Assembly: GCA_041675545.1 (NCBI GenBank)
Contig: JBAYTS010000010.1
Coordinates: 1,606 to 65,605, forward strand
Direction: 5' to 3'
DNA: 64,000 bases
Origin: Methylotenera sp.
GTDB taxonomy: Bacteria; Pseudomonadota; Gammaproteobacteria; Burkholderiales; Methylophilaceae
Made by a program: the position numbers and the translations under genes. A model generated the notes under the pieces. The model was given only the letters and a program-made list of their open reading frames with translations, had not been told where the DNA came from and made no database searches. Below, piece after piece: positions 27,880 through 36,818 of the stretch. Each line of letters opens with the position of its first letter. Positions within the stretch are counted from its first letter, which is position 1.

Positions 27880-28684
27880 TGCAAAGGTTTTAGATGTTCC
27901 ATTAAGTACGGTTGCCGTATTGCAATGGTGTGACGGTGAGTTAAAGCAAACGCAGGATTGTTTGGCGGAAGAAACGCCTGTTGCCTTGATTTACAATGGT
28001 GTTTCGCATGCGGTAATGCTCGCCACGGCGCAAGACTTAGAAGATTTTGCGCTGGGGTTTTCACTCAGTGAAGGTATTGTGCATAACGCTAGCGAGCTTT
28101 ATGGTCTCGAGGTGCAGGTACAAAGTAACGGTATTGAGTTGCACTGCGACATCGCCAGTGAACGTTTTGCACAGCTAAAAGAGCGCCGGCGTACGCTGGC
28201 TGGTAAAACAGGCTGCGGTTTATGTGGCGCAGAAAGTTTAGCGCAAGCGATGCGTTATCCAGAACCGTTAGCCATGAAAAATAAGGTTGAGGTAAGTAGT
28301 ATCATTAAAGGGTTACGCACAATACAATCTTGGCAAAGCTTGCAACAAAAAACTGGCGCGACCCATGCTTGTGCCTACGTGCTTGCAGATGGAACGGTAA
28401 GCATCGTGCGTGAAGACGTTGGGCGACATAACGCGTTAGATAAGTTGGTTGGCGCATTAGCTAAAATCAAGCGTGAAGCCGGCTTCGTTGTAACTACCAG
28501 TCGCGCCAGTTTTGAAATGGTGCAAAAAACGGCTAGCGCAGGTATCAGCTTGTTGGTGGCGGTTTCAGCCCCTACGGGTTTGGCAGTGCGGGTGGCAGAG
28601 CAAAGTGGGCTAACCTTGGTGGGCTTTGCTAGAGATAATCGGCATGTGGTATATAGCAACAGTGAGAGAATTCTGTACCAATAA
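27872..28684 (+). CDS. fdhD: Formate dehydrogenase sulfurtransferase FdhD/FdsC (start uncertain; the ORF is open from 27824)
   Basis: EETPVAL.YNG...VMLAT, GCGLCG, TGATHA, EDVGRHNALDKL, SRASFEMVQK. Confidence 0.92.
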   Translation: MANAKVLDVPLSTVAVLQWCDGELKQTQDCLAEETPVALIYNGVSHAVMLATAQDLEDFALGFSLSEGIVHNASELYGLEVQVQSNGIELHCDIASERFAQLKERRRTLAGKTGCGLCGAESLAQAMRYPEPLAMKNKVEVSSIIKGLRTIQSWQSLQQKTGATHACAYVLADGTVSIVREDVGRHNALDKLVGALAKIKREAGFVVTTSRASFEMVQKTASAGISLLVAVSAPTGLAVRVAEQSGLTLVGFARDNRHVVYSNSERILYQ

Positions 28685-28742
28685 ATTGATGTAAACTAAG
28701 ATTGATGTAAAACTATAAAGTGACAGAAAAACTAGGAAACAA

Positions 28743-28961
28743 ATGGATATTCAACGTTTAATTTCAATGGCCAATCAGATTGGTGATTTTTACGAGTCAT
28801 ACCCAGACCAAAGCCATGCTAAAAAAGATATTGCTGATCATCTTAATAAGTTTTGGGCGTTGCCGATGCGTAAGCAAATTGCACAATATGTGGCCGAGCA
28901 AGCCGGCGTTGGGCTACATGCACAAGTGCAAAGTGCTATTAAAGACCATCTGAGCGTATAG
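28743..28961 (+). CDS. fdsD: Formate dehydrogenase delta subunit
   Basis: LISMANQIGDFY...IADHL.KFW...MRK.I; last gene of the fds operon. Confidence 0.9.
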   Translation: MDIQRLISMANQIGDFYESYPDQSHAKKDIADHLNKFWALPMRKQIAQYVAEQAGVGLHAQVQSAIKDHLSV

Positions 28962-29012
28962 CAAGCGAGGTTATTTTAGTCGCAAGGGTTTGTATGGAGC
29001 GAATCCATAAAT

Positions 29013-30665
29013 TCATTGCTGGCGTTGAAATAACCTGAAACTCTCTTTTCTATCAGCAATTCGCTTTCCTCGCCAGATAAGCGACCACTCCTCACTCGGT
29101 AGCATCTTGCCTACGCCTTTTTCGTCTTGTATCAGATATAGATTGCAACTGACTTGATGCGTGGGTTGAACGGGATGCAAATTGATATCAGTGTAATAGT
29201 GCAACAATAAACGTTGAGATTGTCCAACGTTTAAACTACTGATGCAGTTAAAGTCGGCAGGTAGCGATTTTTGCATTCCCATAAAAACCGGTTGGTAGCT
29301 TTTAACCGCATCAATCCAAGGCAGCCAAAGCGTCATTAGTAAACCCCAGCTAAACGTCAAGCCAACAGCCCAGTTAGTTACCGTTGATTTGTTACTTTGT
29401 TTTGCACGTAAGCAAGTAAAGCCCCAAATTATGGTGATGATGCATGCGATTACAAATGCAACCCAGCTGAAATGCGTTGCATCTGACCCCGATAGAAATT
29501 GCATCCGTTCTTTGATTTTAGCGGGGTAGCCAGTGAGCATCGCGAGCCAGCCTAGCCAGACTAAAAAGCCAATTAAGCCAAATAAGGTAATCCCAAACCA
29601 GTTCAATGCGGCAGCTGCACCTCTTTTAAGGTGCTCTACGTTGCCGGCACCTAGCGCGACTAGAGGTAGCAGTAATGGCAATGCGCTGATATCTTTAGAG
29701 TTTGCGCCAAAACCTAGCAATAATAGGCTGCAAATAAAGAACGTAAGGATGAGTTGAAATTTTGGTTTTGTTGCGAGTTGATGGCGGTGGCGCCAAAGGC
29801 CCCAAAGTGCCAATGGCAGCGCGGGCCAAGCGTACCAAATTAAAATACGTAAAAAATATAAATGATTAGTTTGATTAAATCCATGCAAATTGGTTTGTAG
29901 CCACTGTTCGAATAATATTGGCTGCTGCATATAAAACAGGATTAGCCAGCTCGCAGCTAAAGGGCTGGCAATGGCAATGGCAGCGCTAACCGTGGTGGCG
30001 AAACTTTTAGTGCGCCATGCTTTAAAGAGTATCGGCAACAATAGTGCTGTTGCTAATAAAATTAACGGCGACATGACACCGTTAGATAAAAAGCCCACGC
30101 CTATAGCAAGCCCAAGTAGACCGCTGGCGCGCCAAGGCCGCCGTTTTGATAGTGCTAACGCATAAAACCCCGTGGCAGTACTTGCCAAGCTGGCGACCTC
30201 CGCATTCAAGCTGTGAGCGCTCATTACGAGGCCGATTGTGCCTATCATAATAAACGTTGCATGACGTCCTACGCCTCGCGCCCATAACTCTCGGCTGGTC
30301 ATTCCAACCATGAGCAAGACAATGGTCATCCATATGATATTTACGAGCCTGGCACCGTTGTGCATATCAAATAATGGGCTAAGTAGTTTAGCGCTTGCAG
30401 CTGCAGTTAAATAATAAAGTGGCGGCGACGTGACCATTGGTTCACCAGCAACTAATGGTGCAATGAAGCTGCCACCTTGAGCAATACTTTTAACAATGTT
30501 AATGCTAGGGACTTCTAGTGGCTTCCAAGGGGTGTGGCCAGTTAAGCCTAAAATTATCCATATTGCGCATAAAATAAGCAGGAGCTGTGTTTTTGCACTC
30601 TCACCCACGCGTGCACGTGGGCTTGCCATATTACCTTGCCAATCGTGATCAAGTTGAAATCGCAT
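29013..30665 (-). CDS. ArnT/PMT-family (GT39/GT83-like) membrane glycosyltransferase
   Basis: Multi-TM protein with PWKPLE and PPLYY motifs; a type commonly found next to rpmE2 in betaproteobacteria. Confidence 0.75.
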   Translation of the reverse strand: MRFQLDHDWQGNMASPRARVGESAKTQLLLILCAIWIILGLTGHTPWKPLEVPSINIVKSIAQGGSFIAPLVAGEPMVTSPPLYYLTAAASAKLLSPLFDMHNGARLVNIIWMTIVLLMVGMTSRELWARGVGRHATFIMIGTIGLVMSAHSLNAEVASLASTATGFYALALSKRRPWRASGLLGLAIGVGFLSNGVMSPLILLATALLLPILFKAWRTKSFATTVSAAIAIASPLAASWLILFYMQQPILFEQWLQTNLHGFNQTNHLYFLRILIWYAWPALPLALWGLWRHRHQLATKPKFQLILTFFICSLLLLGFGANSKDISALPLLLPLVALGAGNVEHLKRGAAAALNWFGITLFGLIGFLVWLGWLAMLTGYPAKIKERMQFLSGSDATHFSWVAFVIACIITIIWGFTCLRAKQSNKSTVTNWAVGLTFSWGLLMTLWLPWIDAVKSYQPVFMGMQKSLPADFNCISSLNVGQSQRLLLHYYTDINLHPVQPTHQVSCNLYLIQDEKGVGKMLPSEEWSLIWRGKRIADRKESFRLFQRQQ

Positions 30666-30731
30666 TTTTGAGTGAGTGATACTTATTTAATTTAAGGGCT
30701 ATTTTATACGAGACTAATCAACATCAAAATA

Positions 30732-30756
30732 AAAAGGCAGCCTAAGCTGCCTTTTG
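30732..30756 (-). terminator. Intrinsic terminator after rpmE2
   Basis: The minus strand reads AAAAGGCAGC-TTAG-GCTGCCTTTTT. Confidence 0.8.
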
Positions 30757-30792
30757 TAGATAATAAATTGCGAGCTTGCTCGCAGTTTACAC

Positions 30793-31035
30793 TTACATAC
30801 CGTATTTTTTACGGAATTTATCAACACGACCTGCCGTGTCTAAAATCATTTGTTTGCCAGTATAAAACGGGTGAGATTTTGATGACACCTCAATTTTCAC
30901 TAGTGGGTATTCTTTACCATCTGTCCATTTAATGGTGGCGCGAGCCGCGATAGTAGAGCGTGTGATAAAACTAAAGTCAGCGCCGACGTCTTGAAATACG
31001 ACCTCGCGGTATTCTGGATGAATTCCATCTTTCAT
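30793..31035 (-). CDS. rpmE2: 50S ribosomal protein L31 type B (no Zn ligands); ATG 31035 preferred
   Basis: [15 protein letters not shown]...[12 protein letters not shown]...[13 protein letters not shown]; lacks CxxC. Confidence 0.95.
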   Translation of the reverse strand: MKDGIHPEYREVVFQDVGADFSFITRSTIAARATIKWTDGKEYPLVKIEVSSKSHPFYTGKQMILDTAGRVDKFRKKYGM

Positions 31036-31108
31036 AATATATAGCCTCAATATTGATTGCCGAATGATACGGCAAAAATTAGATTACGCATTTTCGCGGT
31101 AGCCCGCC

Positions 31109-31137
31109 ATTATATTTACTATTAACGGGTGGCGCAA
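31109..31137 (-). promoter_or_regulatory. Predicted sigma-70 promoter of rpmE2
   Basis: Minus strand TTGCGC, 17-nt spacer, TATAAT. Confidence 0.6.
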
Positions 31138-31160
31138 GTTTAAAATGCGTGGGTGAATTG

Positions 31161-32420
31161 TTAGCCTCTGCGCATACTGTCAAAAAAGTCCGCGTTATTT
31201 TTTGTAGCCTTGATTTTGTCTAGCAAGAACTCCATTGCTTCCATGTCATCCATCGGGTAAAGCAGTTTACGTAATACCCAAATCTTTTGTAGTACATCTT
31301 TTTCAATCAGGAGCTCTTCACGGCGGGTTCCAGATTTATTAACATTGATAGCAGGGTATTGGCGTTTTTCAGCCATCTTGCGATCAAGATGAATTTCCAT
31401 ATTGCCCGTACCTTTGAACTCTTCATAGATCACATCATCCATGCGTGAGCCAGTGTCAACAAGTGCCGTAGCGATAATTGTCAGTGAGCCGCCTTCTTCA
31501 ATGTTACGTGCCGCACCAAAAAAGCGCTTAGGACGTTGTAATGCATTTGCATCTACCCCCCCCGTGAGTACCTTGCCCGATGATGGAATCACCGTATTGT
31601 AAGCTCGCGCCAGGCGTGTAATTGAGTCAAGTAGAATCACGACATCCTTTTTGTGTTCAACCAGGCGTTTTGCCTTTTCAAGGACCATTTCAGCTACTTG
31701 CACATGGCGTGTAGCAGGCTCATCAAAGGTAGAGGCGACTACTTCACCTTTGACTGAGCGGGTCATTTCGGTCACTTCTTCAGGGCGCTCGTCAATGAGC
31801 AGTACAATCAGAATCACATCAGGATGGTTAGCGGTAATAGCATGCGCTATGTTTTGCATCATGACCGTTTTGCCGCTTTTAGGGCTAGCGACCAATAGTC
31901 CGCGCTGACCGCGACCAATAGGCGCAATCATGTCAATAACGCGGCTGGTGATGTTTTCTGCACCCTTAATGTCGCGTTCTAAGGTGAGTGGAATGGTTGG
32001 GAATAATGGTGTTAGGTTTTCAAATAATATTTTATGCTTGGTATTTTCTGGCGCTTCATCATTCACCATATCTACTTTAACTAAAGCAAAGTAGCGCTCA
32101 CCGTCTTTTGGAATTCGAATTTCACCTTGAACGCTGTCGCCTGTATGCAGGTTAAAACGTCTGATTTGGGAAGGTGATACGTAAATATCATCGGGCCCGG
32201 CAAGGTACGATGTGTCTGGAGAGCGTAGAAAACCAAAGCCATCTTGTAGCACTTCAAGCGTACCATCACCGAAAATGCTTTCACCTTTTTTTGCTTTGTT
32301 TTTCAAAATAGCAAAAATTAAGTCTTGTTTGCGCATGCGGCTGGCGTTGTCAATTTCATTGGCTATTGCCATTTCAACTAACTCGGTAACGGGAAGGTGC
32401 TTAAGGTCTGATAAATGCAT
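31161..32420 (-). CDS. rho: Transcription termination factor Rho
   Basis: [49 protein letters not shown]-like [19 protein letters not shown]. Confidence 0.98.
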   Translation of the reverse strand: MHLSDLKHLPVTELVEMAIANEIDNASRMRKQDLIFAILKNKAKKGESIFGDGTLEVLQDGFGFLRSPDTSYLAGPDDIYVSPSQIRRFNLHTGDSVQGEIRIPKDGERYFALVKVDMVNDEAPENTKHKILFENLTPLFPTIPLTLERDIKGAENITSRVIDMIAPIGRGQRGLLVASPKSGKTVMMQNIAHAITANHPDVILIVLLIDERPEEVTEMTRSVKGEVVASTFDEPATRHVQVAEMVLEKAKRLVEHKKDVVILLDSITRLARAYNTVIPSSGKVLTGGVDANALQRPKRFFGAARNIEEGGSLTIIATALVDTGSRMDDVIYEEFKGTGNMEIHLDRKMAEKRQYPAINVNKSGTRREELLIEKDVLQKIWVLRKLLYPMDDMEAMEFLLDKIKATKNNADFFDSMRRG

Positions 32421-32575
32421 GAGGTCTCGCTAAAACAAGATTGGTGTGAAGATGGATAATGCCAAGAATTTAGTTGCTAGGAGTTATTTAATTTGCTGGT
32501 GAGAAAATGCTTGGTTTTGAATAATGCTACTTCATAAAAACCAAGCATTTAAATATAACGCTAAGCGTAAAGGGT

Positions 32576-32902
32576 TTAGATGTTGCTGTCAATAAACGCT
32601 GTTAATTGAGATTTGGATAATGCGCCTACTTTGGTTGCTTCTACATTGCCATTCTTAAAAAGCATGAGGGTGGGAATGCCACGAATGCCATATTTAGGTG
32701 GCGTTTGCTGATTATCATCAATATTTAACTTACCTACTTTGAGACGGCCCGCGTACTCTTTTGAAATTTCATCTAAAATTGGCGCAATCATTTTGCATGG
32801 ACCACACCATTCTGCCCAGTAGTCCACCAAGACTGGAAGTTGTGACTGCAAAACGTCTTGTTCAAAACTTGCATCGCTAAGGTGTGTGATGTGTTCATTC
32901 AT
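32576..32902 (-). CDS. trxA: Thioredoxin
   Basis: [13 protein letters not shown]; canonical trxA-rho synteny. Confidence 0.97.
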   Translation of the reverse strand: MNEHITHLSDASFEQDVLQSQLPVLVDYWAEWCGPCKMIAPILDEISKEYAGRLKVGKLNIDDNQQTPPKYGIRGIPTLMLFKNGNVEATKVGALSKSQLTAFIDSNI

Positions 32903-33036
32903 AGAAAAAACCTCAATTGAATATTATTTTGTGAATAAATGTGTATCGTAACGAAAAAAACTGGTTTCGTGAAGCATCAAATGCTAGAAGAGCCGTTATA
33001 AATTAATTTTTATTTAAGCTGGTTAGCAAAATTGTA

Positions 33037-34644
33037 TTAACCAACAATGCTGTATTGGATGCGTTCGGCATAGTGGGATCGCTCTACTAGCTTAGTCAGC
33101 ATAATTTGTCTGATTTTGCTATTGTACGTCAAAGTTAATTGGCGTGCAGGCTCATACGTGCCTCTTGGTGCAATAATGGTTGCAGCTTGTTTAATAGCTA
33201 CGATTTCAGATAATAATAACACGCGTTCATCTTGGTTGCGTCCACTCACGGTTGCTACAGCACTGTGTGCTTGTGGCGCGATGAATTGTACGCCTATATC
33301 CAATCGATCTCTATTTCCACAGTTAGCCCAGCGGATGATGCCAATTGACCAGTGGGGCTCGCCTTTACCTTTAATGCCGATTAAATCTCCAATCCTGATG
33401 TTTTTCTCAGCTGTATGATGGCGTCTCAGTAGTATGCCTGTCGCGCTGATGTTTAGCGTTTTCCAACGTGAAGGAATGGCTGGAATGCTTAGCGTGGAAC
33501 TGGCGTCTGAAATTGGATGGTTATCTGTATGATTGTTTTTTGTGATACCTTGCTCAGAAGCCTGCCAAATGGCGCTAATACCCACAACCAAGTCAACATC
33601 ACCATTTTTAAGTGAACGATTAAAAATGCGTTGCGGAGTGATTCCCCAATGCTTAATAAGGTAGGTGAGTAGCTCTGCGTAATCATCACGATTGGCATCC
33701 GCTGGAATGCTACCATTTTTAGGTAATTGATGGCGTTGTAGCTGGCTTAAATCCTGATGCATTGTGCGCACCAAGTCAATCGTTTGAAATAAAATGTCAG
33801 TGAGAGGGTTTGGCTGACTATTTTGTTTATTGTAAGGCGTTGGCGGTTTGTTGGAACTCAGGTCAATGACAAATGCACCGGAAATGTTATCCAGTGTCGT
33901 GACTGCGCTGATTTGCGTATGATGAATGTAGTGTGCTAAATACTCGGCAATCAGCCTGATGTCTTGTTGTATCAGGTGCTGAGGTTCCGCCAGTGACATG
34001 AGTAATGCATGTTTATAGGTATTTTCGATTGAGATTACCAGGCGTGCAGATGCTAAGTTCGGGTCAATATTTTTTTCAGTCGCCATATAAGCATGTTGAA
34101 CACTTATATTTTGTATGTCGAGTTGTACCGCGCAAAAGTAGAGTTGATGAAAATCACTCCAAATATATTCAGGGGGCATGACGTAGGTTTGATAATAGAC
34201 CAAGGTATGCTCTGCAATGGCGTGCATGGCATATTGTATGGCGTGTGCTGAGTTTTTATCTGCGCCTAATTTGATGAGTTGATTTTGCAAATCTACCAAG
34301 GCAAGTTTGTAGCCATAGCCTAATTCAAGCCATAATGCGCCTGCGGTGGTTGCGGCTAGATGGGCTTCGTCATGCAGGGGCAGGGCCGATTTTCTGTAAC
34401 GCTCAGCTAGCGCCAGAGCGGTTCGCATCAGGTGTGGGCGATAACAGTCCAACGCTTGCAGTCTGCTACTTGCAGAGACTTTTTGTCGATTTAAGGTTTC
34501 GAGCTCGGCATGTATATATGCGGCCATATCCATGGCGTTTTCAGTTTTAAGGTCTGCTAGCGCTTGGTTGATTTTTTGCGGACGCGTCTCGGCAATAAAA
34601 ATGGGATCGTCTTGTAAATCTGGAATATTGAGGTTTAGCGCCAT
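33037..34644 (-). CDS. Large helical protein with a C-terminal PilZ-like region (ATG 34644 preferred; the ORF is open to 34725)
   Basis: RIFNR (RxxxR) followed by NISATG (D/NxSxxG) and a beta-rich C-terminus (WSIGIIRW...GVQF). Confidence 0.55.
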   Translation of the reverse strand: MALNLNIPDLQDDPIFIAETRPQKINQALADLKTENAMDMAAYIHAELETLNRQKVSASSRLQALDCYRPHLMRTALALAERYRKSALPLHDEAHLAATTAGALWLELGYGYKLALVDLQNQLIKLGADKNSAHAIQYAMHAIAEHTLVYYQTYVMPPEYIWSDFHQLYFCAVQLDIQNISVQHAYMATEKNIDPNLASARLVISIENTYKHALLMSLAEPQHLIQQDIRLIAEYLAHYIHHTQISAVTTLDNISGAFVIDLSSNKPPTPYNKQNSQPNPLTDILFQTIDLVRTMHQDLSQLQRHQLPKNGSIPADANRDDYAELLTYLIKHWGITPQRIFNRSLKNGDVDLVVGISAIWQASEQGITKNNHTDNHPISDASSTLSIPAIPSRWKTLNISATGILLRRHHTAEKNIRIGDLIGIKGKGEPHWSIGIIRWANCGNRDRLDIGVQFIAPQAHSAVATVSGRNQDERVLLLSEIVAIKQAATIIAPRGTYEPARQLTLTYNSKIRQIMLTKLVERSHYAERIQYSIVG

Positions 34645-34808
34645 TTTTTTACTTTTCACCAAATCAATCAAAGCATTGGCGTGATTGTATGATATAGCAC
34701 TAATTTTCACTAGTAAAAAGGTCATGATTTGTAATTTTTATGAATCACTTACCTTGGGGCGGTTTCAAGGGTTAATATGCCAAAATTCTTATTTTTGAAA
34801 AAACCTCG

Positions 34809-35282
34809 ATGAAAAACTTTATGTTGGGATTGCTGTTATTAACTTTTAGTCAGGTATCAATGGCCGGAGCTAAAACTACCGCTGACTTTGTTCTAAAAGA
34901 CACGGTAGGGAACAAGCATCAATTATCTCAGTATAAAGGTAAGTGGGTGCTGGTTAACTACTGGGCTACTTGGTGCCCGCCGTGCTTGGAGGAGGTGCCG
35001 GATCTCGTGAGTTTATACAATAAACGCAGAACAGCGGATTTAATGGTCTTAGGTGTGGTATTTGATTATCAAGATGTAAAAGAGGTTACCGAGTACGTGG
35101 ATGATATGTATATTTCATATCCGATAGTTTTGGGTGATGATGCGGTTGTTGCGCAATTAGGCTCAGCAGAGGTGCTACCTACGACTTTTATCTACAATCC
35201 TCAAGGTGTGCTGGTTAAAATCAAGCGTGGCTTGATCACTAAACAATACATAGAGAAAATGCTTGGTGTCGTTAAAAATTAA
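34809..35282 (+). CDS. TlpA-family disulfide reductase
   Basis: Signal peptide, LVNYWATWCPPCLEEVP, LPTTFIY. Confidence 0.88.
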   Translation: MKNFMLGLLLLTFSQVSMAGAKTTADFVLKDTVGNKHQLSQYKGKWVLVNYWATWCPPCLEEVPDLVSLYNKRRTADLMVLGVVFDYQDVKEVTEYVDDMYISYPIVLGDDAVVAQLGSAEVLPTTFIYNPQGVLVKIKRGLITKQYIEKMLGVVKN

Positions 35283-35357
35283 ATGGCCCATGCCGTTAAG
35301 CATGAGCCAATTTCATGAGCCAATTTACTACAGTGCTCTCAAATCTTGGTTTGAAGC

Positions 35358-35672
35358 TTAATGGGGCACTGGAATGCTATTGCCAGTGTCATCTAGGACG
35401 TTAAGCTGATTTTCTTCAGCAAAGTGCATCAGTTGAGCATAGCCTTCTGGGTTTACGGTTTTTAGTTTTAAATCTACCGCTAAGCAACGAACGCCGTTGA
35501 CGACTCTAGGCTTGAGGTAAGGTGAGTATTTAAGCTTGCGATCTTCACCAAAAGTGGCATAGGTACTGCACATGCGGTCAACCCAGTCGCTAGGACGAAA
35601 AGGCTTGCCCGCGCGCGTGTTGCCTTCAATAATTATTTCGTTATTGGTTTGTGTTGTTGGGTCTGCACTCAT
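35358..35672 (-). CDS. DUF3579 domain protein
   Basis: IIIEG.T..GKPFRPSDW.DR.C......YSPY..P is the DUF3579 pattern. Confidence 0.8.
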   Translation of the reverse strand: MSADPTTQTNNEIIIEGNTRAGKPFRPSDWVDRMCSTYATFGEDRKLKYSPYLKPRVVNGVRCLAVDLKLKTVNPEGYAQLMHFAEENQLNVLDDTGNSIPVPH

Positions 35673-35826
35673 TTATTTTTTACCAGTAATTACGCTGCTT
35701 GCAGCTTTTAAAATTAGCTGGCAATTATAGCATTGTTAAGGTGATTTAAAATCCATCCTCCAAGAGGATTTTCCGCCCTCGCCCGCTTGCGCTTGCATGA
35801 GGGCGGGACGCTAGTTACGTCTGTGC

Positions 35827-36396
35827 TTATGGTAAGTACTCAAAAACTTTGACTACTTTAGTCACGCCGGCGGTGTTGCGTGCAATTTCAACTGCATCTT
35901 CGGCTTCTTTTTGTGTGACAGAACCCATGAGATAAACCACGCCGTTTTCAGTGACAACTTTAACGTAATTGGCCTGAAAGCGATTTTCTGTAACGAATTG
36001 TGCTTTTACTTTTGAGGTTAAATAAGCATCATTAGCACGCGAGCTGACAGAGGTTTTAGGCCCAATAGTGATTTCGTTGATGACGCTACGCACGCTTTCC
36101 GTGGCAATCACGATATCTCCCGCTTTGGTTTTAGCGTTTTCGTCAGGGACTTCACCGGTTAACAATACATTGCCTTTAAAGCTGGTAATGTTGACGTGCG
36201 CATTTTCTCCCAGTGTGTCGTGTATGCTTTTTGTGGACTTAAGCTCAATGTTTTCATCTTCCACATAAACGCCAGAAGTCCGTCTGTCCGCAGCCATTGC
36301 GCCGCCTGCTGCGGCGCCGCCAACTATGACGGGCACGCAAGCGGTAATTTGTGAGGCGAGTGCGAGTGCGGCTAATAATTTGAAAGATAATTTCAT
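35827..36396 (-). CDS. BON-domain lipoprotein (DolP/YraP-like); ATG 36396 preferred
   Basis: Lipobox ITA-C, AADRRTSG...D..IE, two BON domains (VLLTGEV, VVYLMG.V). Confidence 0.9.
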   Translation of the reverse strand: MKLSFKLLAALALASQITACVPVIVGGAAAGGAMAADRRTSGVYVEDENIELKSTKSIHDTLGENAHVNITSFKGNVLLTGEVPDENAKTKAGDIVIATESVRSVINEITIGPKTSVSSRANDAYLTSKVKAQFVTENRFQANYVKVVTENGVVYLMGSVTQKEAEDAVEIARNTAGVTKVVKVFEYLP

Positions 36397-36458
36397 GTTT
36401 AATATCCTTTGCGTGTGAGTGTTAATAGGTTCGCTTTTTTGCAAGCTATAAGGAATTT

Positions 36459-36818
36459 TTAAAAAGCATTTTGTATCCATTCTACTGCGTTTATTTGTGT
36501 TGACTGCATTAAAACGACATCAAAGCGGCAGTTTGTATTGCCATGAATTTGTAAATAGCGCTCTGCTGTGCGTGTAAGTTTTTGTTGCTTAGACGGCGTA
36601 ATGCTCATTGCCGCGCCGCCAAAATTGGCGCTACTGCGCAAACGCACTTCTATAAAGACTAATGTTTTTCCGTCTTGCATGATCAAATCAATTTCACCAT
36701 GCGGGCAACGAAAATTTTTCTCTATAAGCTTGAGTCCCTTTTGCTGCAAAAAAGTTGCAGCCAATTGCTCGGCGGCATTGCCTTCTACAAGGTGTTTCGC
36801 TTGCTGTTTGAATATCAT
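36459..36818 (-). CDS. yraN: YraN-family (UPF0102) nuclease-like protein
   Basis: G..AE..AA.FL...GL.LIE.NFR...GEIDLIM.D...LVFIEVR.R...CRFDVV. Confidence 0.92.
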   Translation of the reverse strand: MIFKQQAKHLVEGNAAEQLAATFLQQKGLKLIEKNFRCPHGEIDLIMQDGKTLVFIEVRLRSSANFGGAAMSITPSKQQKLTRTAERYLQIHGNTNCRFDVVLMQSTQINAVEWIQNAF

